From: Octopus sinensis
Taxonomy: Eukaryota
Direction of reading: 5' to 3'
Length of the DNA: 64,000 nt
NCBI RefSeq assembly: GCF_006345805.1
Contig: NC_042998.1
Span: 163,742,001-163,806,000, forward strand
Shown: positions 63,505 through 64,000 of the stretch, one piece after another
Numbering within the stretch: the first letter of the stretch is position 1
Layout of the letters: the number at the start of each line of letters is the position of its first letter
The notes under the pieces: generated by a model
What the model was told of the DNA's origin: nothing
The model's input: the letters and a program-made list of their open reading frames with translations, nothing else
Databases searched by the model: none
Position numbers and translations under genes: made by a program

Positions 63505-64000
63505 GTGTGTATTTGTGTTTATGTGTGTAGCAGGTTTATGTGTGTACATGTGCGCATGTATGTGGGTGTTCTATTTGTGTGTGTGTTATATTTATCATGG
63601 GATGTATATATGTATGTGTTATATTTGTCAGGGTGCTGCATGTATATGTGTGTGTGTTACATTTGTCGGGTTGGTGTGCATGTGTGCGTATGTGTGTATG
63701 TATGTGCATGTGTTGCATTTGTTAGGGCATATATGTATGTCTCTGTGTGTATGTGTGTGTATTGCATTGGTCTGGGCAGTGTATGCATGCACATGGGTAT
63801 GTGTGTGTCTGTGTATGTATGTATGTGTGTTATAACTGTCCAGGCAGTGTGTGTATGTGTGTGTTACATTTGTTAGGGCACTGTGTGTATGTCCGTGTGT
63901 GTGTTATGTTTGTCAGGGTGGTGTGCATGTATGCATTTAAGTGTGTGTGTGTTGCATTTGTTAGGGTGATGTGTGTGTGTGTGCATGTGGGTATGAGTGT
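63505..64000. repeat. Degenerate GT-rich minisatellite
   Basis: Recurring gtgtgtt(a/g)catttgt(t/c)aggg units within (GT)n. Confidence 0.85.

Overview
Eukaryotic, AT-rich, extremely repeat-dense DNA. The SINE and RTE-tail families look like those of Octopus (coleoid cephalopod); this is recognition, not a database match. Almost all ORFs in the supplied track are read-throughs of microsatellites, SINEs or dead transposons. The real host-gene signal is a chain of at least 7 phase-compatible GT-AG exons on the + strand (41724-55953, 982 nt, about 327 aa) encoding an unidentified coiled-coil / Ser-Pro-rich linker / coiled-coil protein whose start and stop are not located. Mobile DNA includes three tRNA-derived SINE families, many 3' ends of RTE-clade LINEs, a CR1-group RT fragment, a decayed Penelope-like (RT + GIY-YIG) element, two full-length Tc1-superfamily copies with DD36E spacing, a DD34D mariner, and piggyBac-like and mariner-like MITEs. 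Most interesting: two related hammerhead-ribozyme-like motifs with a conserved fold but divergent stem II, several long palindromic insertions, and locally templated patchwork insertions. Many repeat boundaries are approximate (about +/-20 nt). No clearly new multi-gene system is evident.
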